Shown here: positions 14,148 through 28,060 of the stretch, in pieces
How the letters are laid out: every line of letters starts with the position of its first letter
How positions within the stretch are numbered: position 1 is the first letter of the stretch
Assembly (NCBI RefSeq): GCF_006345805.1
Contig: NC_043003.1
Coordinates: 38,502,001 to 38,566,000, forward strand
Direction: 5' to 3'
Origin: Octopus sinensis
Taxonomy: Eukaryota
DNA length: 64,000 nt
Translations under genes and position numbers: made by a program
The notes under the pieces: model-generated
Database searches by the model: none
The model's input: only the letters and a program-made list of their open reading frames with translations
What the model was told of the DNA's origin: nothing

Positions 14148-15726
14148 GGGGGGAGATAGAAAGTCAGAAAGAGGTACAGAAAGTGGCCAGAAACAAGTGT
14201 CTAGATGTAAAGGTGATACTTGGTCACCTAGTTAGAGGAAAAACAAGAGGAGGAGAGAGTGAGAGTAGGGAACAGCAGAAGTGTAAGAGAGAGAAGAAGA
14301 GAGATGGTGTAGTGCTAGGGTATAATTACAAATAACAAGAATATAACTATATATGTGTGTATACATATACACACACTTATTTGTGCATGCATGCAGGCAA
14401 CAGTTGCAGACCAGTCATCATATAAGCAGTATTGTTCATTTCCAATCTTCCAGGAAAACATCTTTGGCTGTGGGGAAACAGGTTTTCCTTGCTTGGAAAT
14501 AGGTAAGGGTCAGTGATAGGAAGGGCATCCAGCCATGAAAAAAATGTACTTCAACAAATTCCGTCTAACTCACACAAATATGGGAAAGTAGACAAAACAA
14601 TGATGAGCTCACACACAAAGTTGCAGAAGAAGGTTCAAAAATTCCTTTGGCATTAATATAAAAACTGCTAACAACTAAGGTTAGCAGAGCTTCTTATTAC
14701 ACATAATGCCTCTCCTTCACATAACCTCACCAGACTCCCAGCTGCACCCAATTCTCCACTGCTGAGGCTCAAAGTACCAGGGTAGCTGATGTACTGCTCT
14801 GTCCATCCCACTGCCAGGCAGCACAACTAGGTATACCCTAACTACCATTATACAGTATCATTTCTTCATACCAATGAATATTCTCTCATCATTCAATAAT
14901 GATATTTCTCTAAAACATTTAAAGCAATATGTATATGAAAAGATAGTCACAATATAATAGCAAATACTATATTAAACATGTAGATTTGATGAAAAACCAA
15001 AGTTGTAACAAAAATAAACATTTTTAGATGCATCATTTAAATACAAAAAGGGACTTCTGAATTACCTTGAGTATATATGCGCTAAGAGAGAAAGAGGGGA
15101 GGGAGAAATTTACAGGCATGAGCAACAGCTAGGCTTCCATATAAGGAAAATAAAAATAAAAAAAACACTTGCACAGGTTGCACCTTGAAGAACTTTCCAA
15201 ATGCAGAAACTCACACTGACGGAGGGCCCTACACACACACACACACACACTGCTGGAATGTCTCATCTGCTGAGTTGGAGCTAAACAACTGTTTGGAAAT
15301 AGTCAAAATAACTTAGTCGCTGTACAACTATAAAAGGTTAAGCAACAGCAACTCTGTCTGCTAAATATATGCCATCAAATGTACATACACAACCACACAC
15401 ACATGGTTGTGGTCTGGTGGAATGCGTCACCACTGGATGACCACTTGACCTGTAACACCATACTGTACTCTACCACTGTCTGCTAATAGCAATGTCAGTC
15501 TAACAATATACAAAGCAGTCAACTATTTTGAAACACAGTTACTATTAGGCTTGCAATTTAACCTTTTTCACCCATTTCATTAACCCCTTTAATTCCATTG
15601 GGTAAAAAGTGAGAATAGGAGTGTGACTAAGACATGGTATGTAGGACAAAAAGTAAAGTGAGGAGGAAGAAGAAGAAAAGGGAGGAAAATGAGAAGAAAA
15701 GAGAAAGTAGACAGTAGAATATGGAC

Positions 15727-16162
15727 ATTATTACATTCAACAGATATTTGTCCTCATCTTGTTTGTTGTCAACACAATGTTTCGGCTGATATACCCTTCA
15801 GCCTTCTTTGGGTGTCTTGGGGCAATTTCAGACCTGGGTTCATATTCCTTAGGTATTTTTTGATATTATTATTATTATTGTTGTTATTGTTCAGGTCACT
15901 GCTTGGAATCGAACTTGGAATCTTGGGGTTAGTAGCCCGTGCTCTTAACTGCTACGCCATATGCCTGTGGGCAATTATGGAGTGAATTTTAGGGATTATA
16001 AATCTAATATTCTTCTATCCCTCCTAAATACTGGTTCCCATATGCTGCTCATATCTGCACTCAGTCTGCTTAGGAGATTGTTGTGTCCTAGCATACGAGC
16101 TGCTTCTTTTAGTTTTCGTATTTTCCAGCGGTGTTCTCTGTCTATTATTTTAACTTCATCCC
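15727..16162 (-). mobile_element. 5'-truncated Penelope-like retroelement: GIY-YIG C-terminus, tRNA-like cassette and pLTR with decayed hammerhead
   Basis: 16163-15996 reads WDEVKIIDREHRWKIRKLKEAARMLGHNNLLSRLSADMSSIWEPVFRRDRRILDL*, resembling Penelope endonuclease C-termini. Flanked by a 16-bp direct repeat ACAGTAGAATATGGAC (15711-15726 and 16163-16178). Confidence 0.8.
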
Positions 16163-17466
16163 ACAGTAGAATATGGACTCGGAACTGAACTTGAAGAAAC
16201 AGCTTTCAGGTTCTAACGGGCATTGACTACATTAGTTCATCTTTACTTGTCATCACAACAAAATTAAGCAAGGCAGAGAATAAAACTAATGAGAGAAACC
16301 TTAGCCTGCTAGAAATAGCAGCCAAATCTTTTTTCAAACATTTTAAAGGAGATAACATTGAATAATATAATTAGTGACAAACTATATAAAAAAAATCATG
16401 GTTATATAATAATAGGTAACCCTGTAGCTTATTGATGCATGGATTAACTTTTAGCTTCTAAAACTAAACGTAGCTTACCTAAATTCTCCATGGCATAAGA
16501 GTTTCTTTGTGTGATTTAGAGAGTAATTAGGGAGAAAGGGCTCCTTTTTTCCATACTTTACAATCAGGGCAGCCTTGACATCGAGTCAATTGATTGAGCA
16601 AATTTAGAATTAAAAGCATTCCAACCATGACTGCTATCCCTTTTGCAGGTTATAACGTTTAACCAACATGTCCTTCCCTCTTCAAAAGGTTAAGCTGTGA
16701 TTTGAGGGTGGTTTGGGTTGCAGTATCCAGCAGGTGGGGCGGCCACACTGAAAGCTCTCTCATTAGTTCAGTGATGGGGTGTAGTGCTTGACTATAGATT
16801 GTTCTGGGCTGTTCTAACCTAAACAATGGAAGAAGAGCACAGTCGGGTGATGTTAATGCCGTTGTTGGACTATACTGCAGTAGACAACAGACAACTATTA
16901 GCAAAAACCAAAATCAATATTGACAAGAAGAGATCCAATCTTCATTTGCCTCAGCAAATCCATTGATCATTGATGGCAAGAATTTATTTTGTAGCTTATG
17001 GCCACAAACTACTCCATCTCAGCAATATCCTTCAACTCCACCTGTTGTTGGAAGCATTCCTAATTGCCATCAATTTTCGATAACACCACTTCTTTGTCTG
17101 CAGAAAACTGGCAGTTTTAGACAGACACCAACTATTTGGTGGAACATGAAGGTTTGCTATTTATTTTTCATTTAATGACAAACATGAAGGAAGAGGTTTA
17201 TACTTAGTGTAAACCTATTAATGTCATCTCAGCAAAAGTGAAGTTGTATGTTCTGCCACTGAGCTTGTATTCATTCTTATTTCAATATAGGAAACAGGAT
17301 GATTTAATGAAGATAGATTTGATGTTAGTAGAAACAGCACTGCATAATGAAAACAGCAGCAAAACCTCAATTCACTCATCATGCCAAGGTAGTCTCTATA
17401 TTGTCACTCATTTTGACCTACTACAAATAGCAGGCAGATTGCCTTCAAATCACACTTTCACCTAGA

Positions 17467-17674
17467 CCATTTAGGATTTAAACCGGAAGTATCCAGTTCA
17501 AATATTTTACCTGTTCTAATCCCAAACTGACCAGATCCAGCCTCTCACACCTACTCTATCATTCTAAAAATCACGTTGTTGAAATCTCAAAGCTATGCGA
17601 TAAGACATCATTAATTCAACACAATGTGAACAAACAAGCATTATATTTCACAGAGTAATCTGAATGCTAAAGGG
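17467..17674 (-). mobile_element. piggyBac-derived MITE
   Basis: Reverse copy ending AATGCTAAAGGG|TTAA. Confidence 0.85.
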
Positions 17675-18089
17675 TTAAAGAAAGACACATTAGATAATAT
17701 AGTCTGAAGGTATCATAAGTCTGAACTATAATACTAAATGGTCACAGGTGGGATGCTTATTTTCTCATATAGACTAAATAACAGCACACCTGAAATGGGT
17801 ACTTACATTTTCATTTTACCCTAATTAATGACAATTAAAAAACTGGTGTCTAATTTAATGACAGCTGGAGGTGAATTAATAAATTCATTGATTAGAGAGG
17901 TTGAGGCAATAATCCTCTTACATTTGACAAGGGTTCACACACACACACACACATATATATATATACACACACATACGGAGACACAGATACATATATTTAT
18001 GCATATATATAAATATATATATCATCATCATCATCATTTAACGTCCGCTTTCCATGCTAGCAGACGTTAAATGATGATGATAATGATGA

Positions 18090-18402
18090 TGATATATATA
18101 TTTATATATATGCATGTGTGTGTATATATGTATATATATATATATGGATATGTGTGTATGTATATATTGTATATATATATATATATATATATACATACAT
18201 ACATACATACACATGTATGTATATATATATATATGTATGTATATGTATATATACATACATACATATGTATATATACATACGTATATGTATACAAACACAT
18301 ATGTATACAAACACATATGTATACATACACATATGTATACATACACATATGTATATATATACATACAAACACACATATGTATATATTTATATACACATAC
18401 AT
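18090..18402. repeat. Compound (TA)/(CA)/(TACA) microsatellite (similar tracts at about 19970-20410, 30580-30705, 31680-31728, 40280-40512 and 51665-51898)
   Basis: Visible directly; accounts for the Y/I/H/M/C-rich ORFs in the track. Confidence 0.95.
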
Positions 18403-19003
18403 ACTGGTGGTGGTTGTCTCCTCCTTATGCAGAGTTTGACCACCTCTTGTACCTACACCTTAGAACCATCATGATATCTGATGTGGCTTTTTAAACCAGA
18501 CAATGTTTTGAAAAGACACCCACATAGTTTGCACATCCGATTTGGACTACCAAGACCTGCAGATAAATTCTGCTCTTTGTGGATATTAAAATGTCTTTTG
18601 AGGCCTCCGTTAGATTTGCAAACCTTCTGGCATACACTGCATTCAAAGGTGTACACAGAGATATGGGCAGAATAGTTGGTGGAGGTTCGTTTTCTATGGT
18701 TTCACAAATGAGATTTCAGCCCAGCAGAGGAACAGCGTGGTATGTCACAATCAGTGCACACAAAAAGGTCATTCTCATTCACCTTTTTGATTGTTACATT
18801 CTTCTTTAGATCTCTTTTGAGTCTAACATGCATTATACAGGCATCTTCAAATGCTTTCACTCCACTCCACACTTCTGTTTGCCATCCAGCTCAATCCGAA
18901 GCAAGAGTTTCTATGCCGTCTAGATCCATTCCAAGTGACACGATAGTCCTTATTCCGTCTGTAAACTTAACTTTAGGTTTAAACCATTGATGTTTCCCCT
19001 CTG
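18401..19003 (-). mobile_element. RTE-like LINE 3' end with two C2H2 zinc fingers
   Basis: PKVKFTDGI...GIETLASD*AGWQTEVWSGVKAFE (RTE C-terminal type) precedes FECSVCQKVCKSNGGLKRHFNIH and CKLCGCLFKTLSGLKSHIRYH. Ends in a simple-repeat tail. Confidence 0.75.
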
Positions 19004-19049
19004 CAGGATCACAGATATATACACACACACACACACATATATATACATA

Positions 19050-19081
<32 letters not shown>

Positions 19082-19405
19082 GTCATCTTCGAACCCGAAG
19101 GACGAACATTATTATTTATTATATACATACATATACACACACATATATACATACATATATACACTCATATACATGCACACACATACACACATATATATAT
19201 ATACAGGCGCAGGCGTGGCTGTGTAGTAAGAAGCTTGTTTCCCAACCACATGGTTTCAGGATCAGCCCCACTTGGACAAGTGTCTTCTGCTATAGCCTCA
19301 GGCCAACGAAAGCCTTGCGAGTGGATTTGGTAGACGGAAACTAAAAGAAGCTCATTGTATGTATGTATTTGTTCCCCAACCATTGCTTGACAACTGATAT
19401 TGGTG

Positions 19406-19811
19406 TAATACAGTTCTATATTTAAGAGATGAGGAATTATGTACATTATTTACATTCGATGGGTATTTGTCCTCATCTTGTTTGGCTGATATACCCTCCA
19501 GCCTTCTTCAGGTGTCTTGGGGAAATTTTGAACGTGGGCTCTCATTCCTAAGGTATTTTTCGATATTATTATTATTATTATTGTTGTTGTTCGGGTCACT
19601 GTTTGGAATCAAACTCGGAATCTTGGGGTTAGATTCTGAGTTTGATTCCAAGCAGTGACCCGAACAATAATAATAACATTGAAAAATACCTTAGGAATGA
19701 GAACGCAGGTTCAAATTTCCCCAAGACACCTGATGAAGGCTGGAGGGTATATCAGCTGAAACGTCTTAACAACAAACAAGATGAGGACAAATATCCATCA
19801 AATGTAAATAA
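19406..19811. mobile_element. Inverted (head-to-head) pair of Penelope-like pLTRs inserted into a SINE
   Basis: Same family as 15727-16162. Two arms of about 180-220 bp are inverted around ~19632. An 11-bp direct repeat TGATATTGGTG (19395-19405 and 19812-19822) interrupts a SINE. Confidence 0.85.
19726..19766 (+). ncRNA. Minimal type-I hammerhead ribozyme motif (stem I degenerate in this copy)
   Basis: acac-CTGATGA-A-GGCTG-gagggtatat-CAGCT-GAAA-CG-TC matches the core CUGANGA...GAAA...UH. Confidence 0.65.
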
Positions 19812-20321
19812 TGATATTGGTGCGTTTACATCCCCATAACTTAGCAGTTCAGCAAAAGGGACCATAGAATAAGTACTAGACTTACAAAGAATAAGTCCTG
19901 GGGTTGATTTCTTCAACAAAAACGGTGCTCCAGCATGCACGCAGTGAAATGACTGAAACAAGAAAAGAATCATACATATACATACACGCACACACATATA
20001 CATACATATGTATCCATATATGTGTGTGTATCATCATCATCATTGTTTAAAGCAGACATTAAACGACGATGAGGATACACATATATACATACATGTACAC
20101 ACATACATATACACACACACAGATACATATACACACATATATACATACATACGCACAAACATATATACAGAGATACATATACACACACATATACATACAT
20201 ATATACACATATGCATACATATATACACATATGCATACATATATACACATATGCATACATATATACACATATGCATACATATATACACATACATATATAT
20301 ATATATACACACACACAGACC

Positions 20322-20396
<75 letters not shown>

Positions 20397-21065
20397 TGCA
20401 TACATACATACATTTATACATAACTATAGAGAGGTAGATGTGCATGCTGTTCTGTAAACATGACCAGATATAGGAAGTAATCAATATCATGGTGATTATA
20501 TTGGTGAAGATATCAGTAAAATATTTCCATTATAAAAAGAAAAAAAAAATGACAATTTTACAATTAATTATGTTATTTCAGTTTATTTGATTTTGTCATG
20601 AAATGGTAATTAGTGCTCAGTTACACCAGCAGCGCAGTCACAGAAACAACAGCAATAGGTCTCCTCTCATTACAGCAGCAGTTGTACCTATAGACACACA
20701 CTACAACAACAACAACCACAGATCCACAACTGCCACAAATACCACAAAGCCACACCGCAACTATAAAAATAACCTTAAACCCACACTGCTGACATAAGAA
20801 ACCAAAGTAAATCACACTACAGTTACAATCACAGACTTACACAGTGACTATAACAACTACAAACCCATACTGACACTAATCAGCTGACAACAATAATCAC
20901 AAAGACACAGTGTGACTACAACAATCATAGGACCACACTGCCCCTACAACAATTTACTGAAGCCATAATTGCAACAACTGTCATGGTTCAATTGCCTGTA
21001 AGACCCTGATTCACAGAGGTCATTACTGTGTTGGCCTCTCTTTTGATAGGATTTTCGATGTACAA

Positions 21066-22245
21066 CATCATCATCATCATTTAACGTCTGCTTTCCATGC
21101 TGGCATGGGTTGGACGGTTTAACTGGTGAGCCAGAAGGCTGCACCAGGTTCAATCTGACCTGGCAAAGCTTCTACAGCTGGATGCACTTCCTAATGCCAA
21201 CCACTCTGTAGTGGTTGCTTTTACGCGCCAGTCAGGCGGTTCTGGCAATAACCAAGATCAAAAGGTGTTTTTTACATGCTACATGCACAGGAGCCAGTCC
21301 AGCAGCACTGGCAATGATCACGCTCAAATGTTGCTTTTCACGTGCCACCAGCACATGCCAGTAAGGTAACGCTGGAATTGATCATGCTCAAATGATGCTT
21401 TTTACATGCAACTGGCACAGGAGCCAATCCATGGCCCCGGCAACGATCACGCTTGGATGTGCTTTTAACATTCCACTGGCACAAGTGCCAATCAGGTAGT
21501 ACTGTCATCGGCCATGTCAGTAATTTTGATTTCACTTGCCTCAATAGGTCTTTGCAAACAAAGTTTATTGTCCAATGAATGAAGCTTGGCACATTTATTG
21601 TCCAATGAATGAAGTGGGCTTGGCACAGGCCACAGGCTATGGTCTCACTTGGCTTGTCAGGCCTTCTCAAGCACAGAATATCTCCAAAGTTTCGGTCACT
21701 AGTCATTGCCTCAGTAAGGCCCAATATTCGAAGGTTGCGCTTCACCACCTCATCCCAGGTCTTCCTGAATCTACCTCTTTCACAGGTTCCCTCAACTGCT
21801 GGGGTGTGACACCTTTCCACACAGCTGTCCTCATTCATTAGCAACTCATGACCATACCAGCGCAGTCGTCTCTCTTGCACACCACATCTGATGCTTCTTA
21901 AATCCAACTTTCCTCTCCAGGTGCTTACACTCTGTTGTGTATGCACACTGACATTATACATCCAGTGGAGCATACTGGGTTCATTTATTGCAAGCTTACG
22001 CATGTCTTCAGCAGTCACGGCCTATGTTTCACTGCCATGTAGCATGACTGTTTGTACACATGCATCATACAGTCTACCTTTTACTCTGAGTGAGAGGCCC
22101 TTTGTCACTAGCAGAGGTAGGAGCTCTCTGAACTTTGTCCAAGCTATTCTTATTCTAGCAGCTACACTTTCAGAGCATCCACCTTGGCTACTGACTTGGT
22201 CCCCTAGGAACGGAAGTTATCAACTACTTTAGTTTTTCTCCCTAG
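21066..22245 (-). mobile_element. 5'-truncated RTE LINE with complete 3' UTR and (GAT)n tail
   Basis: ORF2 C-terminus IRCGVQERRLRWYGH...GTCERGRFRKTWDEVV...LGLTEAMTSDR is followed by tandemly repeated UTR units and the ...catgccagcatggaaagcagacgttaaatgatgatg tail. Confidence 0.9.
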
Positions 22246-24707
22246 AATGTGACAGAAGCTGTTCTCTACACCACTAACATAATCCTTCTTTGATTCTTTT
22301 CTAGGTTGGCAGGTTGGGTTGGACAGAGCTGTAAATTTTAGGAAATTTCTTTTTAAGGTATTGATAATGGCACTTTAATGTTGCTGTCCTTTAAGAGACA
22401 ATGGTACTGCTATTTTAACACCAAGAAGACATCTCCTCCAGCTGGTTTATTCAGTGCACTTATTGCACTCATTATTTATTGTAAGTGGGAGATAAGTCAT
22501 GGCACCCTAGCTCTGAGACCACAAGACCACATGGATCTCCTCGGACATGGGCACTTGTTGCCAGGCATGACAGCAGTTACAAAATACAAAATATAGAAAA
22601 CAGTGTCATTAGTTTCCAAATTCCTAAATTTCTTTTTGTTCTTTTCTAAACATCAACCATAACATCAGTTTGCAGACTAAATAGATACATACCAAATAGA
22701 CTAGGACTGTGGACAACTGACCTTGTCTGGCATATAGTCACGTAACCAATGACGATGCTTTAACTAACAACCTGTCACTCAATAAATCAGCAATTTAGCC
22801 AATTTGTTGTTAACTTCTGCAACTGATATACAGCAATGAATGCACCTTTTTGGTCATTATCTGGTATGATGAAAATGTACTGAACACTACCATTTTCTGG
22901 TGCCTTGCTATTCTTAACATGGGCAGATAAGCTTGAATTGTCAGAGATGCATGTTTATAAAATGAATGTGCATAATGTCTTTCTGTGTATATATATATAG
23001 TGTCTGTAATGTTCATGTGTACATTCATAGAGTGTGTATGAGTATGTGTATTTGTTTTGTGTACATGAGAGAGAGAGAGAAACAGACAACTTTACAAAGG
23101 AGGTCTAATCAGACGAAACAAGTACCAAGTTGTCTTTCATGCAAGTTAGGATAATTAAAATATTAGTCAATGACTAATACTTTCTCTCACCACATATTCT
23201 TCATAAATTATTACATTAAATATCTTAACTCCCAGACAATAGATATAACTATGTTAATTTTATTTATTACTATGGCCAGGTTCCAACTTGGGCCATCATC
23301 TTTAGCCCTTCAATAGCTTAATACTGACAGGAGTCACATACTCCTCCTACAGAGTGCATTTCTTCATTAGTAGAAACAAGATCTTCGGTGAGACAGAAAT
23401 TGCATACCACCTGTCCCCAATTCAAGGCTGGGATTCTTTTTAGCATTGAGGTATGTTTGGTCCGGGATTGTTTATTCTATATTCACAGCTAACCTTCACA
23501 TCTGAAGGCCTTGCCCCAATCCACCACCTTAGGACCAGGTGGATGAAAGTTTTTTCTCCACATGAGAGGCTGCCAGATGATTTGGTTCAGTCCTCTCCAA
23601 CAACTACCTTAGGGGCCCTCCCCCTGGATTTTCTATAGGAGTTCAATCTCTTAACCTTCCACATTCACATGTGTATAAGCAGGAAAGAAACAAAAACTAT
23701 GTTATGTGTTTAATGTTCAGTTTCCTACAGTGCTACAAAGCTATCTACAATATATAACAGATCATCATGGATTGCTACCTGTGATAGACTATGTTGGTTG
23801 TTGCTGATGTTGTTCAGACTCAAGTTAGCCTTGATTCAGTAAATCTTCTGATCAAATTTTAGTGGTTGATGGGAGAAATAAAGGCTGAGATTGATTCATA
23901 GAGTGATGTAATCACTGGATGCAGGAGATGGATATTCAAGTCATTGAGGACATGTAAGAGGAAGAGAGTCTGAGCTGTTAAAGTGATGAGTTCAAAGACA
24001 AAGTAGGAGAGAACAGTCATAGAGGTAGAAATCAGAATTGAATTTATGCTGGTAGTTGGTGAGTAAGGGATAATGAGGGCTGACTCATCTTATAAATGAC
24101 TCCACTGTGTAGAGCCATCAATGTGAAGCTGTAAAGATAGATGTAAAAGAGCAGTAGGATCTCCAGGTACAATATATTAGGACTTTATACAGAATTAACT
24201 GATCTGGGATGAAGATGGAGAGAGAACATAAAATAAATTGAACAATAAAAAATGAAATGTGTAGTACAAACAAGATAGTGTAAGGTCAGTTCTGCTGTGT
24301 TTCCATTGCCCTAAACAACAATGACATAACATGAAAGTATCTACGAAATTGCTCAGTATGCAAGAAATAACAGTCAATTTCCCCTCAAATTACACCCTAC
24401 TGTCATTAAAACAAGAACACACTGGATATTGTAGTTCTAAATGTACTAAATCTGAAAGTAAGACAGAGTGGGGGTGGTCATAGCTAGAATGCCCTTGACT
24501 GTGGAGCTACTTGGTCAAGGCTAATATAAAGCAAACAATAACCTAATATTGAAATATTCTGATTCTAACTAATGAGGTCGAAGACTGGGTGAAACATTTT
24601 AAAACACATGTACACACATACATGATATGTATATCCCAGCATGGCCACAACCTCAGGGCTAAAAAGAATAGAACAGATGCTATAAACAGCAGCCAAACCA
24701 CCCTTGA

Positions 24708-24904
24708 CTCTTAAGCATTCAGATTTCTCTGTCAACTCTAATGGTGAATTAATCATGCATTATCTTGTAGCTTTGAGATTCTGATAATGTGACTTTTTTG
24801 GAATGACAATGTAGAATACGGGTGACATTGCTGGATCTGACCAGTTTGAACATAAAACAGGCAGAATATTTCGGTTAGATATGGTCGGTTTAAATACAAG
24901 TGGG
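24708..24904 (+). mobile_element. piggyBac-derived MITE
   Basis: ctcttaagcattcagat...gtttaaatacaagtggg|TTAA; internal sequence matches the other copies. Confidence 0.8.
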
Positions 24905-27900
24905 TTAAACTAAGCCCATTCATCTTAAAAAAGTGCACAACTGAAATAGTATCTTATATAAACTGACTGGATAAAAAGAGAAAAAGAGACAAACTGGTCT
25001 TAGCTGAGACACTTTCAGTTTGTTGGATTAGGGCAGAGCCAGAGATAAATAACAACATAAACAGACATACAATATGCCTTAGTCACACATAAAGACATTT
25101 TATTATAGACTGTCAACATGCCCAACCATAATGTATGTACATACACAAACACTTTACTATACATTACATACAGACCTCAGACACCAACAACAACCAATTC
25201 CACAACCATTGCCAAAGCAATAAGCTCTACCATCACAGTCATTAAAATTATTCCAATTTTAGCCAGTCAGTAACTTCACCAAAATAATATCCTTTTGTAA
25301 TCTATCAGATTTTAATCAAATAAATTTATTAAAATAGATAATAACAAATGAACAAAGTGAAACAAGGAAAAAAATGAAAACAAAAACTAATATATATTCA
25401 AAACAAAACAAGAGAAAGTATAGTGAAGGGCTTGCAATTTCGGGAAGCTGTAATTAACATTCTCAGCATACAATCAGCCATTTCGGAAATAACAGTCAAT
25501 TCTCTATTGCAGACAAGTAGCAAGGAAATGAAAAGATTACAAGCAGGAACAACCAACACCAAGATTGGTGCTACAATACACAGTGTTGTGGTAATATAAT
25601 AACCGGTTGATGGTGTACATCTATTTCTGGGTCGCAGCACAGGAAGTGACCAGTGATATAGTATATTGATTTCTTAAAAATAGGCACAAGAGTAAAAGCA
25701 AAATGGTCAAGTGGTTGATGATGGGAATTAGTATTGGGCTTGTACTAGTGTGTATGTCTTGAGTTCAAGTCCTGGTTGGAGTGTTTTAGAAAATGCAAAA
25801 AACACAAATGATTTCTACAGTGCTTTAAGTTCACTTAAAATATGAACTTGCAAATATATCTTAGTTTTTTCTTTATTACAAACTGAATCATTCAAAAAAA
25901 TGTGTGGAAAAATATTGTAGGAAGCTAGTGTATGTATGCTACGCTTTTTTTAATCTATATTCTTCCTTGATTGAGAGCTCCAACTGAAAATATTAAAATT
26001 CTCATCACAGCACACATTTTGTTTAGATTCTTGTTTGTTGCACATTGTCCATTTTCTTTTATTCCTAGAACAAAATGTTATTGGGTAAAAAATTAGGTGT
26101 ACTTCAGGATTAAACTCAGGTGTAGAAGTCACTGAATGTGAATACCTTAGAGTAATTAAATATGACACAATTTCTTTTAAAGTAAATCTCTCTTCCATTG
26201 CCTATTCAAAACCATCTCTCTCTCTCTCCTTTATTTTCAACAGTATCAAGTGCCAAAATATATACTGAAGAATCAAAGATACCATGTCTAAATGAAGTCC
26301 ACTTTTGCTACCAACACCCTTAAAATATACAAACTGACAAGCTGGGTGTCACACTGACCTTCACACTACAGGATACCAATGAAGTATATCTACTGTACAT
26401 GAGTCTATCATGTCAAACCTCAATATATATGACAACAATTTCTTCAGTACACTAAGCTTGCTTGAATATAGAACTAACAACAATTTTAATAATTGTCAAC
26501 GGATGAATGAGCTAATCCCATTTCTTAAGTATATGGTGGGTATTGTACAAAGAGTAAGAACAAGAAGGTAAGAGAATAAGAGAGAGGAGTGGAAGGAGAG
26601 ATTATCTCTGTTGCTTCACATCCATTTTCACCTGCTTTTCTGGGTAGGATAATTTGCTGTTGGAGCGAATGTCTTGCTGCTTACCAATCAATTTTTAGAT
26701 GAAAATACAACTCCACCTTGTATATTTTTCTTGTTTTTTAGACAAACTGGAGTAGAGCTATATCTCATATTATCCAGGGGAAGAAGGAAGGCAAGACAGT
26801 GTGCTATAGTGAGAATTGAACTTGTGACAATGTAGTCATTAGCTCTTCACCTAACCCTTTATAAAATGAGCCAATTATTCCTAACACTAGTAACAGCCTA
26901 ACCATCTGATCCAGTTTTCTTGTGGCATCACATCAGTGAGAGATATAACGATACCCATGTATCGACAATAAGTCCCAGTCCTTACCTCTAGACAAAAGAG
27001 GTACCACCAGGAGGTACATGTAAATGCAGTACACAAGGACTCTGTACAATTTACAAGTGATTGCTGAACTCAAATCCATTCAATGAACAAAATGCCTGCA
27101 GAAAGGGAGAGGGGTTGATAGGAAAAGAATGAACTATAGCAGTGAAACAGAAGCTCATGAGAGGTGCTATTACATACTAAAACATCCTTAGCCTCATATA
27201 TCCACATCAGATCAACAAACAAATTTAGTAACACAGGGCAGTCAGCACACAAGTAGCAAAATATATCAAGTATGTCTTCACTGTGTGTGCTGTGTGTGTA
27301 TGCATATATTGTGTTGTGCTGCATGTGTTGTATGAAAGAGAGAGAGAGAGAAAACATTTATATAAATACCAGCACCTTACACAAGCTTTATATGTTGTAC
27401 ACATGCATATGTGTTCAAGGTGTTAGTATCTTAAGATGTATGTAGCATACGAGTGTACGTGGTTACAACTGAACTGCAAACATGCTTAACAAATTATGCC
27501 ATCAATTGTTTAAAATGTCATCTTAACCAGAAAAATCAGACAAGCTTGGTGGCCTCTGTTCAAATAACATGCTACTTTGCCCCTTACTGAATCAACAGTA
27601 ATCTTGCTGTGCTCAAACAGGTACAAGATGGGGTATTGTTAATCATCTCTTATGTTGTTATTTTTAACAATTTTACATCAAACTAGTATTGGAGGTTAAT
27701 TGGATAATTTTATTATTTCTTATATAGGAACTAAGATATTCATATGATTCACATATTTGGAGTATTTTTATAGCTGGATGTCTGACTTTTTCTTAGTATT
27801 GAGTAATCTGTAATCTGTGATGTAAGAGTGATAATATAGTTTGACAATACTGTTGCAGAGCTAAAGCCAACAATAGCTAGAACAAGATTTCAATTCATAA

Positions 27901-28060
27901 ACAAGGAGCTTGAAGTTTTGTAGCACAACATCATAGTAACTGAACCCATATTAAAATAAACTTCCATGATAGCCCTTTCCACCACTTCACCCCATAGTGA
28001 GCCATTACACATTAGCTGTAGGAAAATTTGAACTATTTCACCATCAATATAGTTACTTAA

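Noticed and set aside
15893-15965. Functional tRNA gene
   Set aside because: The acceptor and anticodon stems do not pair properly, and it is embedded in a repeat family. The same applies to the SINE heads.
18038-20490. Numerous Y/I/H/M/C/V-rich ORFs (also near 30.5, 38.4, 40.3, 44.8 and 51.7 kb)
   Set aside because: They are translations of TA/CA/TG microsatellites.
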